A stretch of DNA of 63,973 bases, the filler included, from an uncultured bacterium (lineage in GTDB: Bacteria > Hinthialibacterota > Hinthialibacteria > Hinthialibacterales > Hinthialibacteraceae), in NCBI GenBank assembly GCA_964449065.1. It is 4 parts of 4 records of this genome, joined end to end, with 100 filler letters (N's around TTAATTAATTAA, not from the genome) between each part and the next. Parts side by side here need not be neighbours in the genome. Positions count along the whole stretch, not along the records: positions 36,200 to 54,035 come from CAYVAZ010000070.1; 3 more parts are not named here. One strand, 5' to 3'. This document shows positions 39,682-48,781 of this stretch, piece by piece. The notes under the pieces were generated by a model. That model was not told the DNA's origin. It saw only the letters and a program-made list of their open reading frames with translations, and did no database searches. The position numbers and the translations under genes are program-made. Position 1 is the first letter of the stretch; each line of letters begins with the position of its first letter.

Positions 39682-40698
39682 ATGGATCGGATGGAAAAGG
39701 CTAGCCTTTCAATAATACAAAATTTGGCTCCGAACGATCTAATGATTCGCCGTGCAACCCGCTTCGACGGTTCCGGTATGAGTGTATCGCTGTCGGATTT
39801 TGAAGCTTTAGACCGCTGCCTGATTCAGCAGATCTATCATGAAGTCCATGCAGTCTATCAAACCTGGCTCCATAATCAAAAAGACTGTACGGATAAAAAA
39901 CTGGCTGAGCAAGTATGCGCACTAAAACGGGATGATTTCTTTTCCACCGTCCATTCTTTGGGAACAGATACGTTGCAGAATAAAGACGAAGCCGTATCCA
40001 AGCAACTGGGCCGGGCATTGCATGATATAAAAGGCGGCAGCTTAAACAGCCTGTTGGGGTTTGCACAGTTAATTTCAGAACAGAATACCAAAAAGTCTTT
40101 GATTCAACGTGCCGTCAACATGGCGCGCGACCATGCCAAAATTATGCGCAATGTTCTGCCGGATTTGGATCCGAAGATTCGGGAAGACGATGAATCGGAC
40201 TGTGTCCATCATATTAAACACTTTGTTGACAAACTGATGGGGTTTAATTTTGAATTTCAAGAGTTAAAACTCTCCATTGCGTTGCATTGCTCATACGACG
40301 GCAATATATCCAACCGTTGTTTGGAAACATCTTCCATTGACCGCATCTTGTATAACTTCATCAACAATTCAGCGAAATACAGCGCCAATCATGAAGCCAA
40401 TGTCTACATCTTTCCGGTAAACGAGTTCATGATCCGCTGGGTGTTTGAAAACCCGGTGAGTGAAAGCCACCTGCAATGGTTTGATGAAAACACCGAAGAA
40501 AATATGTGGAATCTGTTCTTGGCCAACAAAACCTACAAAGGGCAGGGAATCGGCTTTTACACCTGCGCGGACATTGTGAGCAACAGTATCGGAATCGTCT
40601 CCGCGGAACAGACGGTCAAGCAGGGGTACATCGGAGCCCATCTGGAAGGCGGCCATTTTTTCAGTTGGTTCCACTGGCCGGTATTGCAGATCGGTTGA
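39682..40698 (+). CDS. Soluble histidine-kinase-like ATPase
   Basis: LHDIKGG H-box-like, ILYNFINNSAKY N-box and GQGIG G-box; no TM. Confidence 0.65.
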   Translation: MDRMEKASLSIIQNLAPNDLMIRRATRFDGSGMSVSLSDFEALDRCLIQQIYHEVHAVYQTWLHNQKDCTDKKLAEQVCALKRDDFFSTVHSLGTDTLQNKDEAVSKQLGRALHDIKGGSLNSLLGFAQLISEQNTKKSLIQRAVNMARDHAKIMRNVLPDLDPKIREDDESDCVHHIKHFVDKLMGFNFEFQELKLSIALHCSYDGNISNRCLETSSIDRILYNFINNSAKYSANHEANVYIFPVNEFMIRWVFENPVSESHLQWFDENTEENMWNLFLANKTYKGQGIGFYTCADIVSNSIGIVSAEQTVKQGYIGAHLEGGHFFSWFHWPVLQIG

Positions 40699-40749
40699 CC
40701 CCTTCTTTTATCCTAAGTCCGGCTGTTCGATTATCGAGATTGAGGATAT

Positions 40750-41478
40750 TTAGTGATTTCTTGTAATCTCAAATTCCACCCAAACCGGCTTGTGATCCGA
40801 CAACATCGGATTCAGCTCGATAAGACCACCATTGGTCACTTTAATGGTGTATTCACTTTTATACAAAATGTGGTCGATGACACCTCCTGCAGGATTGTTA
40901 TCCGCCGGCTGCTCCATCGAACGAAGGTTCTTGTAATCCAGCCCTAAATCCAGCCAGGGATTCCTCAGCCCAGCGCTTTCCAATACCGCCAGGGTTGGGC
41001 TGCCGATGCGTGTGTTAAAATCACCCGCATAGATGGATAACGCGGCGCGTTCATTCGGGATCATCTCATTCGCCATAAAGTGCACCCCGGTAACATCGGG
41101 ATCCGAAGATTTGGGGATGTGCAGCGAATAAACCGCGATATTGATGCCATTGATATTGGTCGCCACCCGAACTGTGCTGCAATGCGCTCCCCAGCGGCTG
41201 CCCTGGATGAAGAGTTCTTCTTGTTTGATAAACGGCGTCTTGCTCAAAACTACTTTGTATTTATCGACATGACCGGCGGTAGAGATATCACCGGCAAATT
41301 TATGTGGCAGGTTTAGTTCTTGCCCAACTTGCTCAAGCCATTCACCTTTAGGAGACTCACAAAGTGCAAGCAAATCGAAATCGAATGGAGACAGCGCTTC
41401 CTTAAACTGCTGCGGAGTTCCGCGTTCGCCGCGCAACACATTGTAGGAACCGATTTTAATGGTGAGTGGATCAGCCAT
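40750..41478 (-). CDS. Endonuclease/exonuclease/phosphatase (EEP) family protein
   Basis: SYNV, LCE, SLH, AGDFN, IDHI and SDH motifs; overlaps the upstream gene. Confidence 0.9.
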   Translation of the reverse strand: MADPLTIKIGSYNVLRGERGTPQQFKEALSPFDFDLLALCESPKGEWLEQVGQELNLPHKFAGDISTAGHVDKYKVVLSKTPFIKQEELFIQGSRWGAHCSTVRVATNINGINIAVYSLHIPKSSDPDVTGVHFMANEMIPNERAALSIYAGDFNTRIGSPTLAVLESAGLRNPWLDLGLDYKNLRSMEQPADNNPAGGVIDHILYKSEYTIKVTNGGLIELNPMLSDHKPVWVEFEITRNH

Positions 41479-42121
41479 ATTTTTCTAAAAACGTGCTCAT
41501 ATCCAACAAATCGTGAAAGCGTTCTTGCAACGTGTCATGATCCCAATCCCACCACGCGATTTCTTGCAGCCTTTCGGCAGTCTTATCATCAAAGCGTTTT
41601 TTGATCGGCTTGGCCGGAACACCCACCGCGATCGCATACGGAGACACGTCTTTGGTGACCACCGCACCGGAACCAATCACCGCGCCCGTACCGATCTTTA
41701 CACCCGGCATGACGATGGCCGCGTGACCCATCCACACATCATGCCCAATAATGCAGCGTTTTGATCTGCGCCAATTGAATACGGCATCGTCGTCTTTATC
41801 GTCGAAACCATACTGCTTGCGGCGGTAGGTGCAGTGATGCTGTGTCACCCGTTCCATGGGGTGGTTGCCGGGATTGATTCGTACATGCGAGGCGATCGAG
41901 CAAAACTTGCCCACATCCGAATACACAATCCACACATCACCGGCGGCATAGCTGTAATCGCCAAAAGTGGATTCCAGTACCCGGCAGTCCGCCATCAATT
42001 CCGTCCATCCGCCGATTTCGCTTTTATGAATTCGGCAGGAAGGATGGATACCCGGCTTATCGCTCAGCATTTTCGGCTCATGATTCGCGGGTGCTTCGGG
42101 AAAGGATTCGAAATAGGGCAT
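41471..42121 (-). CDS. Hexapeptide-repeat acetyltransferase of phosphonate-metabolism clusters
   Basis: GGAGGT RBS before MPYFE; GDYSY, GKFCSIA, NPGNHPM.R, IGHDVW.G, GVPAK, WWDW. Confidence 0.85.
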   Translation of the reverse strand: MPYFESFPEAPANHEPKMLSDKPGIHPSCRIHKSEIGGWTELMADCRVLESTFGDYSYAAGDVWIVYSDVGKFCSIASHVRINPGNHPMERVTQHHCTYRRKQYGFDDKDDDAVFNWRRSKRCIIGHDVWMGHAAIVMPGVKIGTGAVIGSGAVVTKDVSPYAIAVGVPAKPIKKRFDDKTAERLQEIAWWDWDHDTLQERFHDLLDMSTFLEKYG

Positions 42122-42138
42122 TGGACTAAGACCTCCAA

Positions 42139-43347
42139 TTAAACGGCTTGTGGCGCTTGAAGGAGTGGAATGGGAACATGTCCATTCAATTCCGACATTA
42201 AGCGGTCCCAATAAATCGGTACGCCATTGCGTAACGTGCAGTGATTGCGCATGCGCTCGCCTTCGCTGACCAAGGCAAGATCGGCGCTTTTGCCGACTTC
42301 AATGGAGCCGCGGTTGTGCATGCCCAACGAATCGGCGGGATTGGTCGATACTAATTTCACCGCATCGATTAACGGTAAAATACCTCGTTGTGCCATTGCA
42401 AATGATGCGTGAAGCAAAGAAGAAGGATGATAATCGGTCGCTAAAACATCCACCAACTTCTCTTGGATTGCTTCCGAAGCACTCAGGTTGCCTTCGGTGG
42501 TCGAGACGCCGCGAAACGCATTCGGCGCGCCCATCGCCACGTGGAACCCTCTGTTCTTGGCTTCCAAAGCGGCTTCTTTGGTGACCGGGAACTCGCTGAG
42601 CTTTATCCCCAAATCATCCAGCATCGCTACCTTTTCCGGAGAGTCATCATCATGCGAGGCCAACGTGACGTTGTATGCTTTCGACAGCGCGGCAATATCA
42701 TGCACCGCTTCCCAGCACTTGGGGCGGTTTTGCGCCTCTTCAATTCGCTTGCGGGCTTCTTCTTCGGTAAAATGGTCTCCCATCTGTTCTTGGTTCCATT
42801 GAATGGAAAATTGAATGTAGCGTTCGATATCGCGGTATTGTCCTTGTCCCGGGGTGTGATCCATGATCGAAATCAAATGAACTTTGTCTTGCATCAGCAG
42901 TTCTTTCAGCATCGGTACCGCTTCCGGATTGGTGATCTCAAACCGGGCGTGAACATGATGATCGGTCAATAAAGATGAGCGTGTCTCGTGAATGATGTTG
43001 ATAATCTCACAAGCCCTTTCTGCCGTTCGCAGATCGGTCTTGCGGTGCCACGCGAACGAAACGCAGGCAAACGCCGTGGTCACTCCGGATGCGGCCAGAC
43101 GCTTGTCGACCTCATGCAAGGCCAGATCAATCGGGAACATGGCTTTGGGTCTGGGAAGAATTTCCCGTTCGATCATATCCCCATGAAGATCAATCATGCC
43201 GGGGACAGCGGTTAGGCCGTTTGCGTTCACCGCGTCTTTGCCAGCAGTACCTTCAATAATTTCCGCGATTTTGCCGTCCTCGATCCGGATCGACCCTTGC
43301 TCCAAGACTTGATTGGGCAAGACAATTTTGGCATTACTCAGCCACAT
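42139..43347 (-). CDS. phnM: Alpha-D-ribose 1-methylphosphonate 5-triphosphate diphosphatase
   Basis: PGMIDLHGD..E, MDHTPGQGQY, ASHDD, EFP, MGAPN, TDYHP. Confidence 0.95.
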   Translation of the reverse strand: MWLSNAKIVLPNQVLEQGSIRIEDGKIAEIIEGTAGKDAVNANGLTAVPGMIDLHGDMIEREILPRPKAMFPIDLALHEVDKRLAASGVTTAFACVSFAWHRKTDLRTAERACEIINIIHETRSSLLTDHHVHARFEITNPEAVPMLKELLMQDKVHLISIMDHTPGQGQYRDIERYIQFSIQWNQEQMGDHFTEEEARKRIEEAQNRPKCWEAVHDIAALSKAYNVTLASHDDDSPEKVAMLDDLGIKLSEFPVTKEAALEAKNRGFHVAMGAPNAFRGVSTTEGNLSASEAIQEKLVDVLATDYHPSSLLHASFAMAQRGILPLIDAVKLVSTNPADSLGMHNRGSIEVGKSADLALVSEGERMRNHCTLRNGVPIYWDRLMSELNGHVPIPLLQAPQAV

Positions 43348-44062
43348 GTTCCATTTCCTTTAATGATTTCGCTGCTGCCGCATCAACCGGTTCCAGTACA
43401 ATCTCCGCGTCAACCAAACCCGCCACGTCTTCGGGGTGGTGCAGAATGCTCAACATGGTTACCCCGTTGTCTTTCAATTCTTTCAACCGTTCGGCTAAGG
43501 CGCCGCGGGCATGTTTATCAAGCGAAGCCGTCGGTTCATCCAATAACAGCAATCGGGCAGGGTGAATCAACGCGCGCGCCAGGTTAACCTTCTGCTGCTC
43601 GCCTCCCGAAAAGGTGGTGGGATACGCGGTTTTCAGTTCCGGCTTAAAGCCAAAGCGGTCCAGCAGGATGGATGCGTCGGACAAAGCCTGATCCAATGTT
43701 TTTCCAAACGCGAGCAGCGGTTCCGCCACCAATTCCAGCGCGGTGACACGCGGCCGGGGGCGCAAAAATTGTGTGACGAATCCCAACTCTTGATTGCGCA
43801 AAAACGCGATATCGATATCGGATGCGGTCGCGAGATTGATCACACCGTGATTGGAGTGATACAGCGCTTCGCCGCTGCTCGGCAAATAACTGCGGTACAA
43901 GCAGCGCAGCAGGGTTGATTTTCCCACCCCGTTCGGACCGCTGATAAGTTTGAATTCGCTTTGGTCGAGCGTGAACGATATATCCTCAAACACCGGCAGC
44001 GTTTGGCTCAGGTGGTGAATGGTGAAGATTTTGGTGAAATTGCGGACCTCTAATATGGTCAT
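43334..44062 (-). CDS. phnL: C-P lyase ABC-ATPase subunit PhnL
   Basis: K.FT.H, GPNGVGKST, V.QFLR..PR, PTTFSGGEQQ.VN.AR, LLDEPTASLD. Confidence 0.93.
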   Translation of the reverse strand: MTILEVRNFTKIFTIHHLSQTLPVFEDISFTLDQSEFKLISGPNGVGKSTLLRCLYRSYLPSSGEALYHSNHGVINLATASDIDIAFLRNQELGFVTQFLRPRPRVTALELVAEPLLAFGKTLDQALSDASILLDRFGFKPELKTAYPTTFSGGEQQKVNLARALIHPARLLLLDEPTASLDKHARGALAERLKELKDNGVTMLSILHHPEDVAGLVDAEIVLEPVDAAAAKSLKEMEHVAE

Positions 44063-44799
44063 ACTGTCCCCACCTCTTCGATTCGGCGCGCGCCATGCCG
44101 GATTAATTCGGCGATCTCATTGGGCATGCCGGACTCGATAATGGCATCCATCGCTTCCTCTATCTCATAATCGATACGGTGAAAAGAGGTTTCTAAAGTA
44201 TCGGTATCGAACATCGCGAAGGACGCCCGTGGGTCTTGATCCAACGAACGGCCAACCGGTCCTGGATTGATGAACAGTACATCGTTGCATGTGTATGTAA
44301 AGATTTGATGAGTATGACCCAATACCACTATATTTGCCGATACCTTTTTGCTTGCTTCGTACAGCGATTCGGGTGCGGATGGAGAGAGCCAATCATCCAA
44401 ATAATCGAATCCGGCGTGGACAGTTTGAATGCGCGTTCCTGCAATATCAAAAACGGATGTCCATGGCAGCTGCGATAAAAAATGCTGGCAATCTTTTTCA
44501 ATGATAGTCTTCGTCCAATCCAAAGCGGCCTGTTTGAATGGCTCATTTCGCGGGCTGGATGGTTCACGGGACGCTTTGGGCAGATCCCATCCCACGGCAG
44601 CGTCGTAGTTGCCTGTGACGCATGAAATGTTCTTGCATTGAACCGCCCGCACCACTTCATTGGGATTGGCACCATAACACACCAAATCCCCTGCGCAAAG
44701 AATGTGTTCTACGCGTTCTGCTTCCAGGGCGCCCATCACGGCATCCAAGGCTTGAATATTGCCGTGTATATCTGAGATGAAACCGATTTTCATATTCAC
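44059..44799 (-). CDS. Calcineurin-like metallophosphoesterase
   Basis: SDIHGN, GDLV.YG, GNYD, GHTH and NPG motifs; ATGA-coupled to phnL. Confidence 0.9.
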   Translation of the reverse strand: MNMKIGFISDIHGNIQALDAVMGALEAERVEHILCAGDLVCYGANPNEVVRAVQCKNISCVTGNYDAAVGWDLPKASREPSSPRNEPFKQAALDWTKTIIEKDCQHFLSQLPWTSVFDIAGTRIQTVHAGFDYLDDWLSPSAPESLYEASKKVSANIVVLGHTHQIFTYTCNDVLFINPGPVGRSLDQDPRASFAMFDTDTLETSFHRIDYEIEEAMDAIIESGMPNEIAELIRHGARRIEEVGTV

Positions 44800-44805
44800 A
44801 TTCCC

Positions 44806-45627
44806 TTACAATTTGGCGTGGACAAGCTGCTGCGTATAGGCTTCTTGCGGGTCTTCTAGAATCTGATCCGCCAATCCTTCTTCCACCACTTCACCGTAAC
44901 GCATGACCATTACCCGGTCGGATAAAGTACGAATCACACCCAGATCATGGGAAACCAAAATCATGGTGACTTTGGTTTCCCGCTGCAATCGTTTTAAAGT
45001 ATCCAGCACTTTGGCTTGAACGGATACATCCAATCCGCTGGTGGGTTCATCCAACAAGAGCAGCCGCGGTTCCAACGCGATGGCTTTCGCTAGCTGCACA
45101 CGCTGCTGCATCCCACCCGATAAATGCGATGGGATATCATCCATCCGGTCAATCGGGAATTCGGAAGCATCTAACGATACCCGGGCTTTTTCCCGCAAGA
45201 CGGCATACCGGCGCTCTCCGCTGATTAACAACCGCACCGCAACATTGCCGCTGCTGGTGTTGTTCATCCGCAAGCCCAAATGCGGGTGTTGATACACAAT
45301 CCCGATATGCTTGACCTGAATCTCGCGTTTGGCATAGCGGTCGAGAGTGAAAAGATTCACGCCATCGTAGCCTTCGAGGTTGAGATGATATACACCGGAA
45401 TCCGGCTGCTCCTGCAAATTGAGAACACGCAGCAGAGTCGATTTGCCGGAACCGGATTCGCCCACGATTCCCAAAATCTCACCGGGATATACGGTGACAT
45501 CAACATTGTTGACCGCCACAATTCCACCATAGGCCTGCATGACATGGCGGGCGGTTAAAATCGGTTGGGTGGTGACCAGCCGGGGTTCATCCAGTACGAT
45601 GTGGTTACTCTTTAAAGTATCCTGCAT
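44806..45627 (-). CDS. phnK: C-P lyase ABC-ATPase subunit PhnK
   Basis: GIVGESGSGKST, VYQHP..GL, SGGMQQRVQ, DEPTSGLDVSVQA, LEDPQEAYTQ.LV; likely start MQDTL. Confidence 0.93.
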   Translation of the reverse strand: MQDTLKSNHIVLDEPRLVTTQPILTARHVMQAYGGIVAVNNVDVTVYPGEILGIVGESGSGKSTLLRVLNLQEQPDSGVYHLNLEGYDGVNLFTLDRYAKREIQVKHIGIVYQHPHLGLRMNNTSSGNVAVRLLISGERRYAVLREKARVSLDASEFPIDRMDDIPSHLSGGMQQRVQLAKAIALEPRLLLLDEPTSGLDVSVQAKVLDTLKRLQRETKVTMILVSHDLGVIRTLSDRVMVMRYGEVVEEGLADQILEDPQEAYTQQLVHAKL

Positions 45628-46549
45628 GATAAAAATTGCCTTCGTTGTCGTAATAAACTTTCCCCGCTTCTTCGGGATTGTCCGGATGAAACTTCTCGGC
45701 ATAACCGGTATCGGAAAGTTCGTATTCGGTCAACCCGTTCTCCAACGGAATCTCATTCATAAATTTATGCCGCAGTCCGGTGTGTTTGCAGGTCCACTCG
45801 CCCTGGTTTTCCACTTTAAAAAACACATCGTCAAACTCCAGCGGATACACATTGGTATACGGCGGCACGGCATACAAACGCTTTTCACGTCCGGCTGAGA
45901 GAATGGTCAAATGCTTGGCTTGATGCAGTTTGGGGGTATCCCAGCGCGGTATGGGGCTGGGGCTCATCACGTAACGGCCATGCACCATCACCGGATAACT
46001 CGCACCCTGTACAAAATCGCCAAAGCGGACGAGTTGCTCATACAACTTCAGCCACATGAGACCATAATCTTTATCGGCGTGAAGAATGCGCGCTTTGTAC
46101 ATATTGAATTCAACCGTACGCAGCGGTTCCGGGTCGGGAACTTGCAGCACCAGGATTTGATGGCCATCCATAATCTCTTCGGGAATGCGGTGGCGGCTTT
46201 GTATGATGGTCGCTTTCAACGCGTCGGTTGTGGTGTTTGCCCCGGTCATCCGTGAAATGAAACGCCGCAGATTGGCCGCGTTTACCGAGTCATCCGCGCC
46301 CTGGTCAATCACTTTGATGATGTCATCCGGCCCGGTGATGCTGAGCGTGGCCTGCAAGCCCCCCGTCCCCCATCCACGCGCGATGGGCAGTTCACGGCTG
46401 GCATACGGCACTTGATAGCCTGGGATAGCTACCGCCTTCAGCATCCGCCGGCGCAGTTCGCGCTTGGCGAATTCATCCAAAAACGCGTACGAATAATCCT
46501 TCGCGGGCGAGGCCAACTGTTGGAGGGTCTTCTTTGATTCAGTCGTCAT
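45605..46549 (-). CDS. phnJ: PhnJ homologue (C-P lyase catalytic subunit) lacking the conserved Cys cluster
   Basis: KAVAIPGYQVP, GWGTGG, KVIDQGADD..NA, QSRHRIPE, PSPIP..D, GREKR.YAVPPYT, SDT.Y; only one Cys in the protein. Confidence 0.95.
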   Translation of the reverse strand: MTTESKKTLQQLASPAKDYSYAFLDEFAKRELRRRMLKAVAIPGYQVPYASRELPIARGWGTGGLQATLSITGPDDIIKVIDQGADDSVNAANLRRFISRMTGANTTTDALKATIIQSRHRIPEEIMDGHQILVLQVPDPEPLRTVEFNMYKARILHADKDYGLMWLKLYEQLVRFGDFVQGASYPVMVHGRYVMSPSPIPRWDTPKLHQAKHLTILSAGREKRLYAVPPYTNVYPLEFDDVFFKVENQGEWTCKHTGLRHKFMNEIPLENGLTEYELSDTGYAEKFHPDNPEEAGKVYYDNEGNFYHAGYFKE

Positions 46550-47694
46550 TTCTTCGCTCCAGCAGGTGCAGTGCTTTTTTGCGGTTTTCGCATCGTGTTT
46601 TTGCCGTTCGATGAAGGTTCACGAAGCCAGCCCTGCGCGATCATCATCTTGCGCAGCGAATCCAACTGGCTGCTGAAGGTGACGTAATGCGGCAGCTTAA
46701 AGTGAATGCAGAATCCGGACGATTCAACCGGCTCGGTGTGATACAGCACATAATCTTCCGTGTGCGAGGGATGCGGATTGGGTTGGCTCATGGCGCGGTC
46801 CAACATGGAACCGGCGATGTTCTTCACTTCATTCCAGCCCAGGGTCGCCGCAAAGCCGGTATCGAGTTGCGCTTTGTCCTTGCCGTCTTCTTGTTTGACG
46901 GTGGTGTTGGATACAATCTCACATTGGCTGGTGCGGATTTTGCCGATGGGAAACACCGTTCCCGTGATGGGGTGTTTGATTTGGACATCAGAGTACGCCA
47001 GCCGCAGTTCATTTACCGTTGGATGAATCCCTCCATAACCGCGCATGTTTGCGTATCCCAGGGCGAGTATGCCCCCCGTCTCGGCTCGCGCTAACGCCTG
47101 CAAACGGTGTTCACGCGGTGCAGGGAAGAGCAATGGCCCGCGGGTCAGGTCCGGAATTTTTCCGGGTGCAACGTTTTCGGGATCATCGACCTCAGACAGC
47201 AATCCTTGCGCCCGCTGCCAATCGGCAACCAGCGGGTAGGTTTTTGGCGGGATTTTTTCCGCTTCTTTCGGCGGCTCGGTGCTGTCCGGCAGGCCGTCCA
47301 ATACTTCGGTTTTCAAAAGCCGGTGACTGTAATCAAGTGACGGACCCAATATCTGCCCGCCGGGGATATCTTTAAACGAAGCCGATATCCGGCGTACGGT
47401 GTTCATGTTTTCAATCGTGATCGGCTCGGCATAGGCAATACGCGGTTGGGTACTGCGGAAAGCACGCAAGAGTAAAACCGCTTCAAACAACTCGCCCCCG
47501 GTTTGTGCGATGGCAAGCGCGGCCAATTGCGGCGCATAAACGGATGCCTCTCCCATCACCCGGTCCACCAAATAGGTGAGGTTTTTCTCTATTATATCCA
47601 CCTGCTCTTTGGTGAGTTTGCCTTTGAGATGATGATACAACTTTTCCGCTTCTTGAATCGCTTCTTCGCCCCCACGGGCGGCAACGTATGCCAC
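46546..47694 (-). CDS. phnI: C-P lyase subunit PhnI
   Basis: AAGGAG RBS before GTG; YVA.RGGE.AI, LLRAFRST, RRISA.FKDIPGGQILG, HFKLPHYV.F. Confidence 0.95.
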   Translation of the reverse strand: MAYVAARGGEEAIQEAEKLYHHLKGKLTKEQVDIIEKNLTYLVDRVMGEASVYAPQLAALAIAQTGGELFEAVLLLRAFRSTQPRIAYAEPITIENMNTVRRISASFKDIPGGQILGPSLDYSHRLLKTEVLDGLPDSTEPPKEAEKIPPKTYPLVADWQRAQGLLSEVDDPENVAPGKIPDLTRGPLLFPAPREHRLQALARAETGGILALGYANMRGYGGIHPTVNELRLAYSDVQIKHPITGTVFPIGKIRTSQCEIVSNTTVKQEDGKDKAQLDTGFAATLGWNEVKNIAGSMLDRAMSQPNPHPSHTEDYVLYHTEPVESSGFCIHFKLPHYVTFSSQLDSLRKMMIAQGWLREPSSNGKNTMRKPQKSTAPAGAKK

Positions 47695-47705
47695 GGTGAT
47701 ACTCC

Positions 47706-48269
47706 TTAATTTAAATGTTGATCGACATGCGTGGTGCGCGGAATGCCGACGACCTTCCCGCCGTCCACAAATAGGACATCCCATCCGATGGGATACTGCA
47801 TCGCCTTCTCACGGACACGCCAAAATTCGTTCGGTATCTTATCCAACCGGATGGTTTGCATGGTTTCGATCCCAGGGCCGGTAAATGTATACTCCGGGCC
47901 GGCGCCGATCACCGCGTTCATTATGATCGTCGCCGAGCGGTCCGGGTAAATCATGGTGCCGCGGTTGGCTTTTTCAACCAGTTCGATATCGTGTGATCCC
48001 ATATTGGGTAAGAACACATACTCCGCTTCTTCTATGCGTTCTCTTCTAGCGGTGGTTCGGGTACAAAAATCCGCGATTTCAATGTCTTCGGTGAAAAAAC
48101 TGGATTCCAAATCCAATACCGTTTCTGCAATCGCAAAAAAGTTATCCGGAAATTTGCTGCTGTGTTCCGGCAGTTGATACACAATACCCGGACGGCTGAA
48201 CGCCCATATCAACGCTTTAAATGTGTTTCTCGATCTAGCTTCCGCTTCGGTGTGTACTGGAGTGTTCAT
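47706..48269 (-). CDS. phnH: C-P lyase subunit PhnH
   Basis: SRPG, GT..YPD.SAT, GPGI, YP.G.D, GIPRT. Confidence 0.93.
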   Translation of the reverse strand: MNTPVHTEAEARSRNTFKALIWAFSRPGIVYQLPEHSSKFPDNFFAIAETVLDLESSFFTEDIEIADFCTRTTARRERIEEAEYVFLPNMGSHDIELVEKANRGTMIYPDRSATIIMNAVIGAGPEYTFTGPGIETMQTIRLDKIPNEFWRVREKAMQYPIGWDVLFVDGGKVVGIPRTTHVDQHLN

Positions 48270-48703
48270 CAGAAGGTCTCCATTTCTACGCGGGTGGATT
48301 CGACTTGCATCATCAGCGTTTCTTCTTGGGATTTTTGCAACGCTGCTTGATGACTTACAAATTCCAAAATCTCTTCTTTAAGTACCCCCCCTTGCATGGC
48401 AGCATCCAATACAGCAACTCCAACAGCCTGCTCCAAATCTCTACCCAAACATGCGGCATAGCCTTCGCTTTCGTTTACTTTTACGCGGGCTTCAGCCACC
48501 AACACCTCACCCAAATGAAACGTGGTTTTCTTTACACTCTCTTTATAGGGCAACATGATCAAGCCGGTACGGTTTTGCAGCACCTCTATAGTTTCCAACC
48601 GCGGCAACAACGTTTCCACAAACGCTTTCAACGCTTCCGCTGGAGTGCTGCACAATACGCTGAGATATTCTTCTTGCTGTTCTAGCGGCATTTCTTGTTC
48701 CAT
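48269..48703 (-). CDS. phnG: C-P lyase subunit PhnG
   Basis: GLIM, FHLGEVLV.EA.V, A..DA, TRV..F; start ATG 48703 or 48691. Confidence 0.9.
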   Translation of the reverse strand: MEQEMPLEQQEEYLSVLCSTPAEALKAFVETLLPRLETIEVLQNRTGLIMLPYKESVKKTTFHLGEVLVAEARVKVNESEGYAACLGRDLEQAVGVAVLDAAMQGGVLKEEILEFVSHQAALQKSQEETLMMQVESTRVEMETF

Positions 48704-48781
48704 TTCTTTCAACTGAGCGGTGTGCGTTATTCTGACCCGACGCTTGCCCAAACGAGACAGATTACTGTAGATTGAGTCAAC

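Noticed and set aside
47695..47784. CPIC motif at the ORF-track N-terminus of PhnI as a possible replacement for the missing PhnJ cysteines
   Set aside because: It lies within phnH in another frame, upstream of the real GTG start (47694, AAGGAG RBS), so it is not translated as part of PhnI.
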